The notes beneath the pieces are model-generated. The model worked only from the letters and a program-made list of their open reading frames with translations, did not search any database and was not told where the DNA came from. Source: a virus. From it: 64,000 nt of DNA. This document shows, piece after piece, positions 25,854 to 36,581 of the stretch. The stretch lies in IMG/VR virus record IMGVR_UViG_3300045988_138661; one strand, 5' to 3'. Each line of letters opens with the position of its first letter. The stretch's first letter is position 1. The translations under genes were made by a program, and so were the position numbers.

Positions 25854-27093
25854 ATTTTATGATACTTGTAGTTTGCTGATGGCGGTTGATACATTTCTCC
25901 AAGAGGAAGAATATACACCAGTTATATCTTCTGTTACTTTAAAAGAATTAGAAAATATAAAAACATCCTCAAATAAAGATGCTGATGTTAAATATTCAGC
26001 TCGTAAAGTATTACATAAATTAAATGAAAATCCTAATAATTATATTATCCAATTATTTAAATTAGACGGATTAAAAATAATTGAAGATTCTAACCTTCCA
26101 ATTACTGATGATAGCAAAATTTTATCTACGGCAATTGAATTTAAATTAGCCCATCCAAATACTATATTTATCACTAATGATTTATCATTAAAAGCAATGG
26201 CAAATCTTTTTTTTGACAAAGATCATATCCAAAGCATAGATGAAGAATTAATTGATGAGTATAAGGGATATGTAGAAATTACAATGTCAAATGCGGAAAT
26301 GGCTGATTTCTATTCTAACCAATATGAAAATATTTATAATTTACATATTAATGAATATTTAATTATAAAAGATAAAGATAATAATATCGTTGATAAAGTA
26401 TGTTATACTGGTGATGGTTATCGTCCTATTTCATTTGGTAATTTTGATTCCGCTCAATTTGGAAAAGTAAAACCTATGAAAGATGACCCTTATCAAGCTT
26501 TATTTGCAGATAGTCTTATTAATAATACTATTACTATGGTTCGTGGCCCTGCGGGTTCAGGTAAAACTTATTTAAGTTTAGCCTTTTTAATGAATCAATT
26601 TGAACGTGGACGCATTGATAGAATCATTGTATTTTGTAATACAATTGCCACTAAAAATTCTGCAAAATTAGGTTTTTATCCTGGCACCAGAGATGAAAAA
26701 TTACTTGATAGCCAAATTGGCAATCTTTTAATTAGTAAATTTGGTGGTCGCTTAGCCGTTGAGCGCATGATTGAAAATGAACAATTAGTTCTTTTACCAT
26801 TAAGTGATATCCGTGGTTATGATACTACTGGAATGAAAGCTGGTATTTATATTTCTGAAGCACAAAATATGGATATTTCGCTTATGAAATTGACTTTACA
26901 ACGTATCGGTGAAGATGGTATTTGTATCATTGATGGCGATGATAAAACTCAAGTTGATGATATTGCTTTTGCTGGGGCCAATAACGGTATGCGTCGTGCT
27001 TCTAAAGTATTTAGAGGATCAGATATATATGGCGAAATTGAATTAAAACAAATTCATCGTTCTAAAATTGCTGCACTAGCTGAACATATGTAA
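25846..27093 (+). CDS. PhoH-like ATPase with N-terminal PIN domain (YlaK-like)
   Basis: PIN-like start KFYDTCSLL; Walker A GPAGSGKT. Confidence 0.7.
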   Translation: MYKFYDTCSLLMAVDTFLQEEEYTPVISSVTLKELENIKTSSNKDADVKYSARKVLHKLNENPNNYIIQLFKLDGLKIIEDSNLPITDDSKILSTAIEFKLAHPNTIFITNDLSLKAMANLFFDKDHIQSIDEELIDEYKGYVEITMSNAEMADFYSNQYENIYNLHINEYLIIKDKDNNIVDKVCYTGDGYRPISFGNFDSAQFGKVKPMKDDPYQALFADSLINNTITMVRGPAGSGKTYLSLAFLMNQFERGRIDRIIVFCNTIATKNSAKLGFYPGTRDEKLLDSQIGNLLISKFGGRLAVERMIENEQLVLLPLSDIRGYDTTGMKAGIYISEAQNMDISLMKLTLQRIGEDGICIIDGDDKTQVDDIAFAGANNGMRRASKVFRGSDIYGEIELKQIHRSKIAALAEHM

Positions 27094-27101
27094 TTATAAG
27101 A

Positions 27102-27125
27102 AAGAGAAGATTTACTTCTTCTCTT
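27102..27125 (+). terminator. terminator hairpin
   Basis: AAGAGAAGA ttta ...TCTTCTCTT then T-rich run. Confidence 0.6.
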
Positions 27126-27155
27126 TCTTTTTTATTTTATAGAAAGGAGGATAAT

Positions 27156-28457
27156 ATGACTAATATTGAAATAGCTTGGAATTATTTGTATAAACAAATA
27201 AAAAATCCTTATGGGACGGCCGGACTAATGGGAAACTTAAAAGCTGAATCAAATTTTAATCCAAAAAATCTTCAAAACAGTTTTGAAAAGACACTTGGAT
27301 TAAATGATGAATAGTATACAAAACAAGTCGATAATGGTAAATATACTAATTTTATTTATGACAAAGCTGGATATGGTTTAGCTCAATGGACCTATTGGAG
27401 TCTTAAAAAACAATTATATGATTTTACAAAAAAGAAAAATACTTCAATAGGAAATTTAAATACGCAACTTGAATTTTTAATTTATCAACTTTCTACATAT
27501 TATCCTACCGTTTGGAATACTTTAATAAATTGTAAAGATATATAGACTGCTTCAAATATAGTTTTAACATAGTTTGAACGACCAAAAGATTAGAGTTTAA
27601 AAATTCAATAGTAGAGATTATATTATGGAGTTGAAATATATGATCAATTTATAGGAAAAGGTGAAGATATGAAAATTGTAGATAATTTAACAACATCTAA
27701 TTATCAAAAAGGTAATAATAGAAAAATAAAATATATTGTAATACATTATTTCGGTTCTTTAGGAACAGCAAAAAATATTAGTAATTATTTCAAAAACCCT
27801 GCCGCTAAATCATCAGCTCATTATTGTGTTGATGAAAAAGATATTATTTATCGTAGTGTTAAAGATGAAGATATCGCTTGGCACTGTGGCACCAGAAAAG
27901 GATATAAACATCCTGAGTGTAGAAATGCTAATTCCATTGGAATTGAAGTAAGACCTTGTAAAATAAATAAATCTAATATTGTAGCCAGTGATACTGATTG
28001 GTATTTTGATCCAAAAGCATTAGAAAATACAATACAATTAGTAAAACAATTAATGTAGAAATATAATATACCTGCGGACCACGTTATTCGCCACTATGAT
28101 GTAACTGGTAAATTATGTCCTCGTCCGTTGTGCGGAACTGACATGAATAGTTATTATAGAACAAGTGGCGATTACCAATGGTAGTTATTTAAACAAAAAA
28201 TTGGTAATAATATAAATATTAATGAGGAGGATGAAGATATGACTTAGGATAAATTTAATGAGATGATGGAAGTTTATTTAAATCAACAAGCCGAAAAAAA
28301 TGCAAGTTCTTGGTCTGAAAAGGAAAGAACTTGGGCTGAAAATAAAGGATACATTAAAGGCGATAGTTTAAATCGTAAGATGTATAAAAAATTTATGACT
28401 CGTGAAGAAATGATTGTAGTTCTTTATAGAATTATGAAAGATAAAGGGTTGGTGTAA
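27156..28457 (+). CDS. two-domain endolysin: lysozyme-like domain (phage tail lysozyme type) plus PGRP-type N-acetylmuramoyl-L-alanine amidase (Amidase_2), read through about 9 in-frame TAG codons
   Basis: One frame from ATG 27156 to TAA 28457. N-terminal GLMGNLKAESNFNP and GLAQWTYW are lysozyme-like motifs. C-terminal YIVIHY...AHYCVD...WHCG...SIGIEV...VIRHYDVTGKLCPRP is a textbook Amidase_2. In-frame TAGs at 27312, 27540, 27567, 27591, 27609, 27612, 28059, 28182, 28245; a holin follows. Confidence 0.7.
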
Positions 28458-28458
28458 T

Positions 28459-28854
28459 ATGAAACAAAAAAGAGAATTTTCTAAAACTCTGTTAATTCAA
28501 GAGTCTGCCTTAATTTGGATTTCAACATTAGCATATATTGTTTTAGCATTTTATTGTATTTATAATGGATATATGGGTTCTTTACCCTGGCTTACCGCAA
28601 GCGCAAGTCTTCCTTGGGCGGCATATGGCGTGAGCCAAGTATATTATTATAAAAAATCAATGGCTGAAAATACTAAAGATGGCGTTAAATATGCTTCAGT
28701 TATGAAAGAGCTTGATGAAGCTTATAATAATTATAAAAAAGAATTAAATAATACACCAACAGTAGATAATACTGAAACCACTTCTATGAGTTATTATACC
28801 GAAGACGATTATAGCGATAATAGTGATCCTATAAATACTGATTATGGTATTTAA
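28459..28854 (+). CDS. holin-like membrane protein
   Basis: Two predicted TM helices, charged C-terminus, immediately downstream of the endolysin. Confidence 0.5.
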   Translation: MKQKREFSKTLLIQESALIWISTLAYIVLAFYCIYNGYMGSLPWLTASASLPWAAYGVSQVYYYKKSMAENTKDGVKYASVMKELDEAYNNYKKELNNTPTVDNTETTSMSYYTEDDYSDNSDPINTDYGI

Positions 28855-28861
28855 TATAAAA

Positions 28862-28897
28862 TTGGATAGTATATTTTATATACTATCCAATTTTTTT
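28862..28897 (+). terminator. rho-independent terminator
   Basis: TTGGATAGTATA tttt TATACTATCCAA followed by TTTTTTT. Confidence 0.8.
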
Positions 28898-28993
28898 ATT
28901 TATATCTCTGGGCGTTTCTCTTAAATATATTATACAAAAAATTTTTTATCTCTGTCAAGTTTTATTTAAATCGGCATTTTAGGCCACGATTTT

Positions 28994-29022
28994 TTGACTT
29001 TCCAAAATATTTTTGTTATAAT
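28994..29022 (+). promoter_or_regulatory. promoter (TTGACT, TGnTATAAT)
   Basis: TTGACT, 17 nt, TGTTATAAT. Confidence 0.6.
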
Positions 29023-29061
29023 ATATTTATAAAATAAAGAAATATGTTATTGGAGAAAAAT

Positions 29062-29673
29062 ATGAGTAATTATATTAATCATTTAAATACTGTTTTGACA
29101 CATAAAAAATATGTATTTAAATATTGTAAAATGGCTGGTATTCCTTGGCGCGGTATTAAGCATGATTTATCCAAGTTTACTCCCATTGAGTTCATTGAAT
29201 CCGCTCACTATTGGACCGGTAATCGTTCTCCAATTGATAATTGTAAAGATATTAATGGATTTAGTAAAGCATGGCAACATCATAAAGGCCACAATACTCA
29301 TCATTGGGAGTATTGGATTGATGATATTAAAGATGGTGGAGTAGGCCATCCAAAAGCACTATTAATGCCTTATGAAGATACCGTTGAACTTCTTTGTGAT
29401 TATTTGGGTGCGGGAGCCGCCTATATGAAAGACAAATTTAATGCGGAAAGCGAATTAAATTGGTGGCTTAAAAAGCGTGAAGAAGTCTTGATGCACCCAG
29501 TTGTTAAATCTTTTGTTAATGTAATTTTTCTTAGATGGAAAAATGGAACTCCTATTGAAGAATTACTTAATAAAAAATATTTAAAGAAATTATATGATGA
29601 TTTAGTTTATGATTATAAATTAAATCAAATTATTCCTAAAGTTAAGGAGGAATCTAATGGCAACGACAATTAA
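29062..29673 (+). CDS. hypothetical protein (His-rich; DUF5662-like by motif feel)
   Basis: ORF with RBS GGAG upstream of ATG 29062; the ORF-track start at 29044 is less likely. Confidence 0.35.
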   Translation: MSNYINHLNTVLTHKKYVFKYCKMAGIPWRGIKHDLSKFTPIEFIESAHYWTGNRSPIDNCKDINGFSKAWQHHKGHNTHHWEYWIDDIKDGGVGHPKALLMPYEDTVELLCDYLGAGAAYMKDKFNAESELNWWLKKREEVLMHPVVKSFVNVIFLRWKNGTPIEELLNKKYLKKLYDDLVYDYKLNQIIPKVKEESNGNDN

Positions 29674-31567
29674 TTTAGATTCTTATGGAGTAAAAGATAT
29701 TAAAACTCTTGAAGGTATAGAAGCAATTCGTCTTAGACCAGGTATGTATATTGGTTCTACTGGACCGGATGGAGTTAAACATATTACTCTTGAAATTATT
29801 TCAAATGCGGTTGATGAATATTTAAATGGTCATTGTACCCGTTGTGATATTTCAGTATCTAAAGATGGTTATGTTGAAATCCGCGATAATGGACGTGGTG
29901 TTCCTTTTGGAAAAGCTAAAGACGGTAGTGAAACATTAGTAAATATTTATACTAAACTTCATACCGGTGCAAAATTTGATAGCAACGGAAAAACTGGATA
30001 TAATACATCTGGTGGTATGAACGGCGTTGGCGCTAAAGCCACTAACGCTCTTTCTCGTTATTTTCAAGTAGCATCTTTCCGCGATGGCAAACACGCTGTT
30101 GCGTCTTTTGAAAAAGGAAAATTAAAAGATTATCAAGAAGAAAAATGGGCTGGTAAAGAGACCGGAACTTGGGTTAAATTTTTGCCAGATGAAAGTATTT
30201 TTAAAGAAGGTATTCTTCTTGATTATGATGCTTTAAGAAAACAAATTCAAGAATTAGCTTATCTTTCTCCTGGCATGGTATTTCATTTTACTTATCTTGA
30301 TAAACCAGAAGAAGAGATTACTTCAAAAAATGGTATTCTTGATTATATTAAAGATTTAAATAGTAATAAAACTTCTCTTACTTCAATTTTTTATACTGAA
30401 AATATTGAAGATAGAATTGGTGTAAAAATTGCTATGGAGTATAACGATACTTATAGCGATACTTATAAACTTTATACTAATTCAATTCCTAATAGTGGTG
30501 GAACGCATCTGACCGGTTTTAGAACAGCACTTACTACTTCTATTAATGAATACGCTCGTGATAAAGGTCTTTTGAAAGAAAAAGACGCTAATATCACTGG
30601 TGAAGAACTTAAAGAAGGATTAAGTCTTGTTCTTTCATTTATTATGCCTGATCCAGTTTTCTCCGGTCAAACTAAAGATGTTTTATCCAGTAGTGAAGCA
30701 AGAACTATTGTTCAACGCCTTGTCTCAAAAGATTTAAAAATTTGGCTCGACAATAATCCAAAAGATGCTAAAGCTATTGTAGACAAGGCAATGTTAGCGC
30801 GTGCGGCCCGTGAAAAAGCGAAAAAGGCTAAAGAAACCGTTCGTAAAGTTGATACGAAGAAAAGAACTATTTTACCTGGCACATTAAGCGATGCTAATAG
30901 TAAAAATAGAAGTGAATGTGAAATTTTTATTGTTGAAGGTCGTTCTGCGGAAGGTCCCACTAAGGAAGCTCGTAACCGCAATACGCAAGCAGTTTTACCC
31001 GTAAGAGGTAAAATTCTTAATACTTTAAAAACAGATTTGCATAAAGCATTAGGAAATAAAGAAATTAGTGCGATGATTGATGCTTTTGGTCTTGAAGTTA
31101 AAGATGGTAAAGTAATTGTAGATGAATCTAAATTACGTTATGGCAAGATTATTATTACAGCGGATGCCGATGTTGATGGTAGCCATATTCGTATTTTATT
31201 TCTTACATTTATTTGGAAGTTTGCACCTGAATTAATTGAAAAAGGTTATATTTACGCTGCGGTTCCACCTCTTTATAAAGCGACTTGGGGCACAAATATT
31301 AAATATCTTAAAGATGACGCTGCCCTTGAAGCATTCAGAAAAACTATGAATCGATCTTTTGAGTTGGGTCGAATGAAGGGTCTTGGAGAAATGGATACTC
31401 ATGAAATGGAATTGGTTATGAATCCAGAAACTCGCACCTTAAAACAGATTACAATGGACGATATGAATCTCGTCAATAAAACATTTATGGATTTAATGGG
31501 CGAATCAGTTGGCCCTCGTAAATCTTTCATTGAGTTAAATGCAGAAAGGGCCAATATTGATGTATAA
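29657..31567 (+). CDS. type II DNA topoisomerase ATPase subunit (GyrB/ParE / T4 gp39-like): GHKL ATPase plus TOPRIM
   Basis: IRLRPGMYIGSTGPDG...EIISNAVDE is the GHKL N-terminus; EIFIVEGRSAEGP is the TOPRIM EGDSA motif. Confidence 0.85.
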   Translation: MATTINLDSYGVKDIKTLEGIEAIRLRPGMYIGSTGPDGVKHITLEIISNAVDEYLNGHCTRCDISVSKDGYVEIRDNGRGVPFGKAKDGSETLVNIYTKLHTGAKFDSNGKTGYNTSGGMNGVGAKATNALSRYFQVASFRDGKHAVASFEKGKLKDYQEEKWAGKETGTWVKFLPDESIFKEGILLDYDALRKQIQELAYLSPGMVFHFTYLDKPEEEITSKNGILDYIKDLNSNKTSLTSIFYTENIEDRIGVKIAMEYNDTYSDTYKLYTNSIPNSGGTHLTGFRTALTTSINEYARDKGLLKEKDANITGEELKEGLSLVLSFIMPDPVFSGQTKDVLSSSEARTIVQRLVSKDLKIWLDNNPKDAKAIVDKAMLARAAREKAKKAKETVRKVDTKKRTILPGTLSDANSKNRSECEIFIVEGRSAEGPTKEARNRNTQAVLPVRGKILNTLKTDLHKALGNKEISAMIDAFGLEVKDGKVIVDESKLRYGKIIITADADVDGSHIRILFLTFIWKFAPELIEKGYIYAAVPPLYKATWGTNIKYLKDDAALEAFRKTMNRSFELGRMKGLGEMDTHEMELVMNPETRTLKQITMDDMNLVNKTFMDLMGESVGPRKSFIELNAERANIDV

Positions 31568-31850
31568 AACTGATAAGGAATATGTAAGTAATTATAAAGG
31601 AACACCTATTGAAATAATTCCTATTCGTAAAGATGACATTATTTTAGCTCATGTTAATAAAGATATTGATATAATTACTTGTAGAGACCTCCACGAACAA
31701 TTACAAAAGTTATTTCCAGATAATAAAGTAAATATTATTAACGATTATTTTATTGATAAAATTACTATTTTTACTAATAGCTCTTTTAATATTGATTGTG
31801 GAGAAAATGAATTCTTAGGGAGGCCATCACATGATTGCGATTTATACTGA
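31560..31850 (+). CDS. hypothetical protein
   Basis: ORF beginning MYKTDKEYV, overlapping the stop of the preceding gene. Confidence 0.35.
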   Translation: MYKTDKEYVSNYKGTPIEIIPIRKDDIILAHVNKDIDIITCRDLHEQLQKLFPDNKVNIINDYFIDKITIFTNSSFNIDCGENEFLGRPSHDCDLY

Positions 31851-32355
31851 TGGATCTTGTCGTGGAAACGGTAAAATAAATAATAGCGGTGGTTATGGGT
31901 TTGTTGTTGTTGAATATGATAGCAATCCTGAGAATGGTATTGTAATTGATGCTTATCAATTAAATGCTTTTGAAGATACTACCAATAACCGTGAAGAAAT
32001 AAAAGCTATTCTTCATGTATTAAAAAAATATGGTAAACGTGATAATGGAGAATGGACTAATGATATCCCTATTGTATATAGTGATTCAGCCTATTGTGTA
32101 AATACTTTTACTAATTGGATGTATGGATGGGAGCGTAATAATTGGATTAAATCCAATAAAAAAGCTCCAGAAAATCTTGATTTAATTAAAGATTATTATG
32201 AAACAGAAAAAGAAGTCAAAATTGATTTAAGAAAAATTTCCGGGCATGATGGCCATTTGTGGAATGAGTTAGCAGATGGTCTTGCTACTGGAAAAATTAC
32301 AGCTGAGGAGGTCCTTAAAAAATATGGGAGAGATTCTAAAAACTCCAATAGTTAA
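31831..32355 (+). CDS. rnhA: ribonuclease HI
   Basis: IYTDGSCRGNG, NNREEI, YSDSAYCVN, N..ADGLA: the DEDD RNase H motifs. Confidence 0.8.
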   Translation: MIAIYTDGSCRGNGKINNSGGYGFVVVEYDSNPENGIVIDAYQLNAFEDTTNNREEIKAILHVLKKYGKRDNGEWTNDIPIVYSDSAYCVNTFTNWMYGWERNNWIKSNKKAPENLDLIKDYYETEKEVKIDLRKISGHDGHLWNELADGLATGKITAEEVLKKYGRDSKNSNS

Positions 32356-34699
32356 TGAAGTGGAGCAATCCTTCCTGGATTACTCTTTAAGTGTAATAAC
32401 TGATAGAGCAATTCCATCCGCAGAAGATGGATTGAAACCAGTTGCAAGACGTATTCTTTATGATATGTTTGATAAAGGATACTTTAATAATAAAAAGTTT
32501 GTTAAGTGCGCTCAGCCAGTTGGTGATGCTATGGGTCGTTTTCACCCTCATGGCGATAGCTCTATTTATGGAGCTTTATGTATTTTAAGCCAACCTTGGA
32601 CAATGCGTTATCCATTAATTTCATTCCATGGCAATAATGGTAGTCGTGATGGTGGAGAACCAGCAGCATATCGTTATACTGAATGTAAGTTATCTAAAAT
32701 TGGCGAAGAAATGCTTGCTGACATTAAAAAGAATACTTGCGATTGGCAATTAGCTTATACTGATGTTGAAAATGAACCAGTGTATTTGCCGGGCCGAATT
32801 CCGCACCTTCTTGTAAATGGCACTACTGGTATTGCAGTTGCTATGGCTTGTTCTTTTGCTCCACATAATTTAACTGAAATTATGGATGCAATTATTTACA
32901 CTTTACGCAATAGTGAGTGTAAAGTTGAAGATTTACTTCAATTTGTTCAAGGTCCTGATTTTCCTACTGGTGGAACTGTTATCAATAAAGATGAATTAAA
33001 AACTGCTTATTTAACTGGTAAAGGTCGAGCTCGTATGAGAGCGGACTATGTAATTGAGCATGAAAAAACACATGATTTAATTGTATTTACTACAATTCCT
33101 TATAAAGTTTCAAAAGATACTCTTTGTGAAGATATTGATAAACTTTGTGAAGAGGGTAAATTAAATGGTATTGTTGCCATTAGAGATGAGAGCACGAAAG
33201 ATGGAGTACGTTTTGTAATTGAACTTGATAAGGGCGTTAGTGCTCAACCTATCATTTCTAAACTTTATAAGTTATCTCGTCTTGAAGAAACGTATAGTTT
33301 TAATCAGGTTGCTCTTGTTAATAAGAAACCAAAACTTTTAAATCTTAAACAGCTTATTGAAATTTATATTAGTCATCAAAAAGATGTCTTATTAAGAAAA
33401 ACAAAATATGAATATGATAAAGCACAAGCGCGTATCCATATTTTAAATGGTATTCTTAAAGCTCTTGAAGATATTGATAATGTAATTGCTCTTATTAAAA
33501 AGAGTGAAAGTGCGGCAGCTGCGCGCCAAGCTTTGATGACTCAGTATAACTTGGATGAAGACCAGGCTAAGGCAATTCTTGATATTAAATTAAGTAGACT
33601 GGCTCGTTTAGAAAAAGTTGAGATCCAAGAGGAAAGAGATAATTTAATTAAGGAGAGCGAGCGTTTAGCTTTAATTCTTAAAGACCCTACTGATGAACTT
33701 GAAAAGATTTTCATTACTATTAAAAATACTTATGGTGATGCACGTATTACTAAAATTATTCAAGCTCCAGTAGAAAAAGAAGATAAAGAAATTGAATATG
33801 TTGAACCTGAGAAATGTGTTGTTGTAATGACTGAGGGCGGAACAATTAAGCGTATTCCAACAACTTCTTATCGCACGCAAAAGAAAAATGGTAAAGGTAT
33901 TAAATCTCAAGAAGATATTACCTCTTGTGTTTTAAGAACTAATACCATTGATTCTCTAATGATTTTCTCAAATAAAGGTGTAATGTATCGTCTTTTAGTT
34001 GACAATATTCCAGTAGGAACAAATAGTTCACAAGGCCAATCTATTAAGAGTCTTGTAAATATGGCTCCTGATGAAAGTCCTGAGACAATGTATTCAATTT
34101 ATAGAGATACTGATGCCAAATATGTATTATTTACTACTAAGAATGGACTTGTAAAGAAAACCGCTTTGGAAGAGTATATTAATACAAAGAAAAAGACTGG
34201 TATTGTCGCAATTAGCTTGCGCGAAGGTGATAGTTTGGCATCTGTATGTTTAATTAAAGATGAGCCTATTGTATTAACAACTAAAAATGGTATGGGAATT
34301 AAATTTAATTCTACAGACATTACCGCGACCTCTCGTGCTACTGCTGGAGTTAAAGGTATTAATCTTAACGAAGGCGATGAAGTAATTTCTACTATGCCAA
34401 TTCGACATGATACTGATTCTATAGCAGTATTTAGTGAAAATGGCTTAGGAAAGAAATTATCTTTAAATGAATTGACTTTACAAAAACGTGGTGGTAAAGG
34501 ACTTAATATATATAAAACGAGTGGGTCTACCGGCCCATTGACCGCAACTGCGTTAATTGCTGATGAAGATAATCTACTTATTACTGGGGATAAAGCATCT
34601 ATTTGCATTTCCGCGAAAGATATTCCTGCTCTTGGGCGTATTTCTATTGGTAATCAGATTATTAAGTCTAGTAAGATTAAGTCAGTAACTAAGGTATAA
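32324..34699 (+). CDS. type II DNA topoisomerase DNA-cleavage subunit (GyrA/ParC / T4 gp52-like)
   Basis: EVEQSFLDYSLSVITDRAIPSAEDGLKPVARRILY; active-site region AAYRYTECKL. Start at ATG 32324 with RBS GGAGG. Confidence 0.85.
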   Translation: MGEILKTPIVNEVEQSFLDYSLSVITDRAIPSAEDGLKPVARRILYDMFDKGYFNNKKFVKCAQPVGDAMGRFHPHGDSSIYGALCILSQPWTMRYPLISFHGNNGSRDGGEPAAYRYTECKLSKIGEEMLADIKKNTCDWQLAYTDVENEPVYLPGRIPHLLVNGTTGIAVAMACSFAPHNLTEIMDAIIYTLRNSECKVEDLLQFVQGPDFPTGGTVINKDELKTAYLTGKGRARMRADYVIEHEKTHDLIVFTTIPYKVSKDTLCEDIDKLCEEGKLNGIVAIRDESTKDGVRFVIELDKGVSAQPIISKLYKLSRLEETYSFNQVALVNKKPKLLNLKQLIEIYISHQKDVLLRKTKYEYDKAQARIHILNGILKALEDIDNVIALIKKSESAAAARQALMTQYNLDEDQAKAILDIKLSRLARLEKVEIQEERDNLIKESERLALILKDPTDELEKIFITIKNTYGDARITKIIQAPVEKEDKEIEYVEPEKCVVVMTEGGTIKRIPTTSYRTQKKNGKGIKSQEDITSCVLRTNTIDSLMIFSNKGVMYRLLVDNIPVGTNSSQGQSIKSLVNMAPDESPETMYSIYRDTDAKYVLFTTKNGLVKKTALEEYINTKKKTGIVAISLREGDSLASVCLIKDEPIVLTTKNGMGIKFNSTDITATSRATAGVKGINLNEGDEVISTMPIRHDTDSIAVFSENGLGKKLSLNELTLQKRGGKGLNIYKTSGSTGPLTATALIADEDNLLITGDKASICISAKDIPALGRISIGNQIIKSSKIKSVTKV

Positions 34700-34707
34700 A
34701 ATCTCAT

Positions 34708-34730
34708 AAAGGAGGATACAATCCTCCTTT
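34708..34730 (+). terminator. terminator hairpin
   Basis: AAAGGAGGAT acaa TCCTCCTTT. Confidence 0.65.
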
Positions 34731-34732
34731 AC

Positions 34733-34761
34733 TTGATTTTTTTAAAAAATTTTTCTATAAT
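34733..34761 (+). promoter_or_regulatory. conserved promoter copy
   Basis: TTGATT, 17 nt, TATAAT. Confidence 0.65.
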
Positions 34762-34790
34762 ATATTTAAAGATAGGACGGAAATAAATCA

Positions 34791-35909
34791 ATGAGTTTCT
34801 CTAAAGAATTGCTTGATAAGTATGCTCCAGAAGCAGATTGTATCCAAGCGATGAAAATTTGGAAATTGCCCGATGGTAAAGAGAGTTTTTTCCCCGTTGT
34901 TTGTAATAGCGGTGAATATTTTGCTGAATTGAAAAAAGATGGATATTGGTATCAGTATGAAAAGACAGAACATTATGATTATTTATTTAGTCGTAATGTA
35001 AGTGCAAATACTGGTATTTTAACTGAAAAGTTAGCAAATGTCCCTCATATTCATGAAGCACTCAAAGATTTACCTTCCGGCACTATTTTAATAGGTGAAA
35101 TTTATTATCCAGGTAAGACTTCTAAAGATGTGACTAAAATTATGGGATGTTTAGCCCCTGAAGCGATTAAACGTCAGCAGTCCAGTGGATTAATCCATTA
35201 TTATTTGCATGATGTTATTAAATATAATGGAATTAATATTCAAAATGAGGGTGCTTGGACACGTTATCAGGTATTAAAAGCCATTTGGGATAAATTTAAT
35301 TTAAGTCAATATTCTTATATGGAACTTGCAGATGCAGTTCTTGATAATATTCAAGAGTTTACTGCGGCCGCTCTTGCTGCGGGTGAAGAAGGCGCAGTTT
35401 TGAAGAAAAAAGATGCTCCATATATTCCAGATAAACGACCGGCATGGTCTTCTATTAAAATTAAAAAGATGGATTATGTTGATTGTATTTGCATTGGATT
35501 TGAAGATGCAACTAAATATTATGATGGTAAAGAAATCACGACTTGGCCTTATTGGGAAAAAGTTTTAGATGATGGTACTACTATTCAGTTGCATGTTTGC
35601 CAATATGGTGATACTGATTGGCAACCAATTACCAAAGGCTATTATTATGGATGGAAGACATCTATGAAGTTAGGCGCCTATGATGATAAAGGAAATCTTA
35701 TTGAAATCGGAACGGTATCCTCTGGATTAACTGATGAACTTAAAGAAGCTTTTGCTAAGGAACCTGAAAAATACCTTAACCAAGTAGTTTCTATACAGTG
35801 CATGGAAAAAAATAGCAAAGATCACACTTTAAGACATGGATTTTTTAAAGGATTCCGCGATGATAAGAACATTACCGACTGCACTTTGGCGGAATGTTTT
35901 GACAAATAA
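34791..35909 (+). CDS. ATP-dependent DNA ligase
   Basis: Motif I ELKKDGYW (KxDG) and overall adenylation-domain-like layout. Confidence 0.65.
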   Translation: MSFSKELLDKYAPEADCIQAMKIWKLPDGKESFFPVVCNSGEYFAELKKDGYWYQYEKTEHYDYLFSRNVSANTGILTEKLANVPHIHEALKDLPSGTILIGEIYYPGKTSKDVTKIMGCLAPEAIKRQQSSGLIHYYLHDVIKYNGINIQNEGAWTRYQVLKAIWDKFNLSQYSYMELADAVLDNIQEFTAAALAAGEEGAVLKKKDAPYIPDKRPAWSSIKIKKMDYVDCICIGFEDATKYYDGKEITTWPYWEKVLDDGTTIQLHVCQYGDTDWQPITKGYYYGWKTSMKLGAYDDKGNLIEIGTVSSGLTDELKEAFAKEPEKYLNQVVSIQCMEKNSKDHTLRHGFFKGFRDDKNITDCTLAECFDK

Positions 35910-35927
35910 AAAAATTTTTTGTAAAAT
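35899..35927 (+). promoter_or_regulatory. promoter whose -35 overlaps the ligase stop codon
   Basis: TTGACAAATAA, 17 nt, TGTAAAAT. Confidence 0.5.
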
Positions 35928-35960
35928 AGACTTGTAAAAATTAAGGAAGAAAATTTTTAA

Positions 35961-36161
35961 ATGAAAACAAAAGAACTCAAGAATCTCGCAAAAAAAATTG
36001 CTAATGCAGAATTAGTCGTTCAGACAAGTGAAGACCCGCAAGTTGTTCGTAAAGCCCAGAATCAAATTATGGAACTTTCGAGCCACGTTCACAGTCTTGA
36101 TGATATTACGACCATTGATGAAATGGTTCAAGAAATTCTTGGAAAAATTCTTGACAAATAA
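35961..36161 (+). CDS. small hypothetical protein
   Basis: 66 aa. Ends ..ILDK-stop with an embedded TTGACA -35, the same arrangement as at the ligase end. Confidence 0.4.
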   Translation: MKTKELKNLAKKIANAELVVQTSEDPQVVRKAQNQIMELSSHVHSLDDITTIDEMVQEILGKILDK

Positions 36162-36179
36162 AAAATTTTTTACTATAAT
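36151..36179 (+). promoter_or_regulatory. conserved promoter copy
   Basis: TTGACA, 17 nt, TATAAT. Confidence 0.6.
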
Positions 36180-36252
36180 ATTTACATAACCTAAAGGTTA
36201 AAAGAAAAAAATAAAAAAAATATTTAATTATTTAAAGGAGATTATTATTATT

Positions 36253-36522
36253 ATGGCTATGAAGGAAAATTCTAAGAAGGTTCTTAATTATTTGAAGGAA
36301 GTTAACGGTCAGGAAGTTACCGCTGCTGATGTTGCTGAGGCTCTCGGTCTCGAGAAGCGTTCTGTTGATGGTATCTTTACCAGTGCTATTCAGCGCAAGG
36401 GTCTCGGTCTTCGTACTCCCGCTGAGGTTGAGCTTGAGGACGGCACTCATAAGCAGGTCAAGTTCCTCTCTCTCACTCCCGCTGGCATGAGCTTTGATCC
36501 CGACGCTCCTGACGCGGAGTAA
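36253..36522 (+). CDS. small GC-rich hypothetical protein (possible wHTH)
   Basis: 89-aa ORF with GC much higher than its neighbours. Confidence 0.4.
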   Translation: MAMKENSKKVLNYLKEVNGQEVTAADVAEALGLEKRSVDGIFTSAIQRKGLGLRTPAEVELEDGTHKQVKFLSLTPAGMSFDPDAPDAE

Positions 36523-36537
36523 TTAATATAGATTATT

Positions 36538-36566
36538 AAGGGGTAGATATTTAATATCTGCCCCTT
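36538..36566 (+). terminator. rho-independent terminator
   Basis: AAGGGGTAGATATTTAATATCTGCCCCTT followed by a T-run. Confidence 0.8.
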
Positions 36567-36581
36567 CTTTTTTAAGTATTT

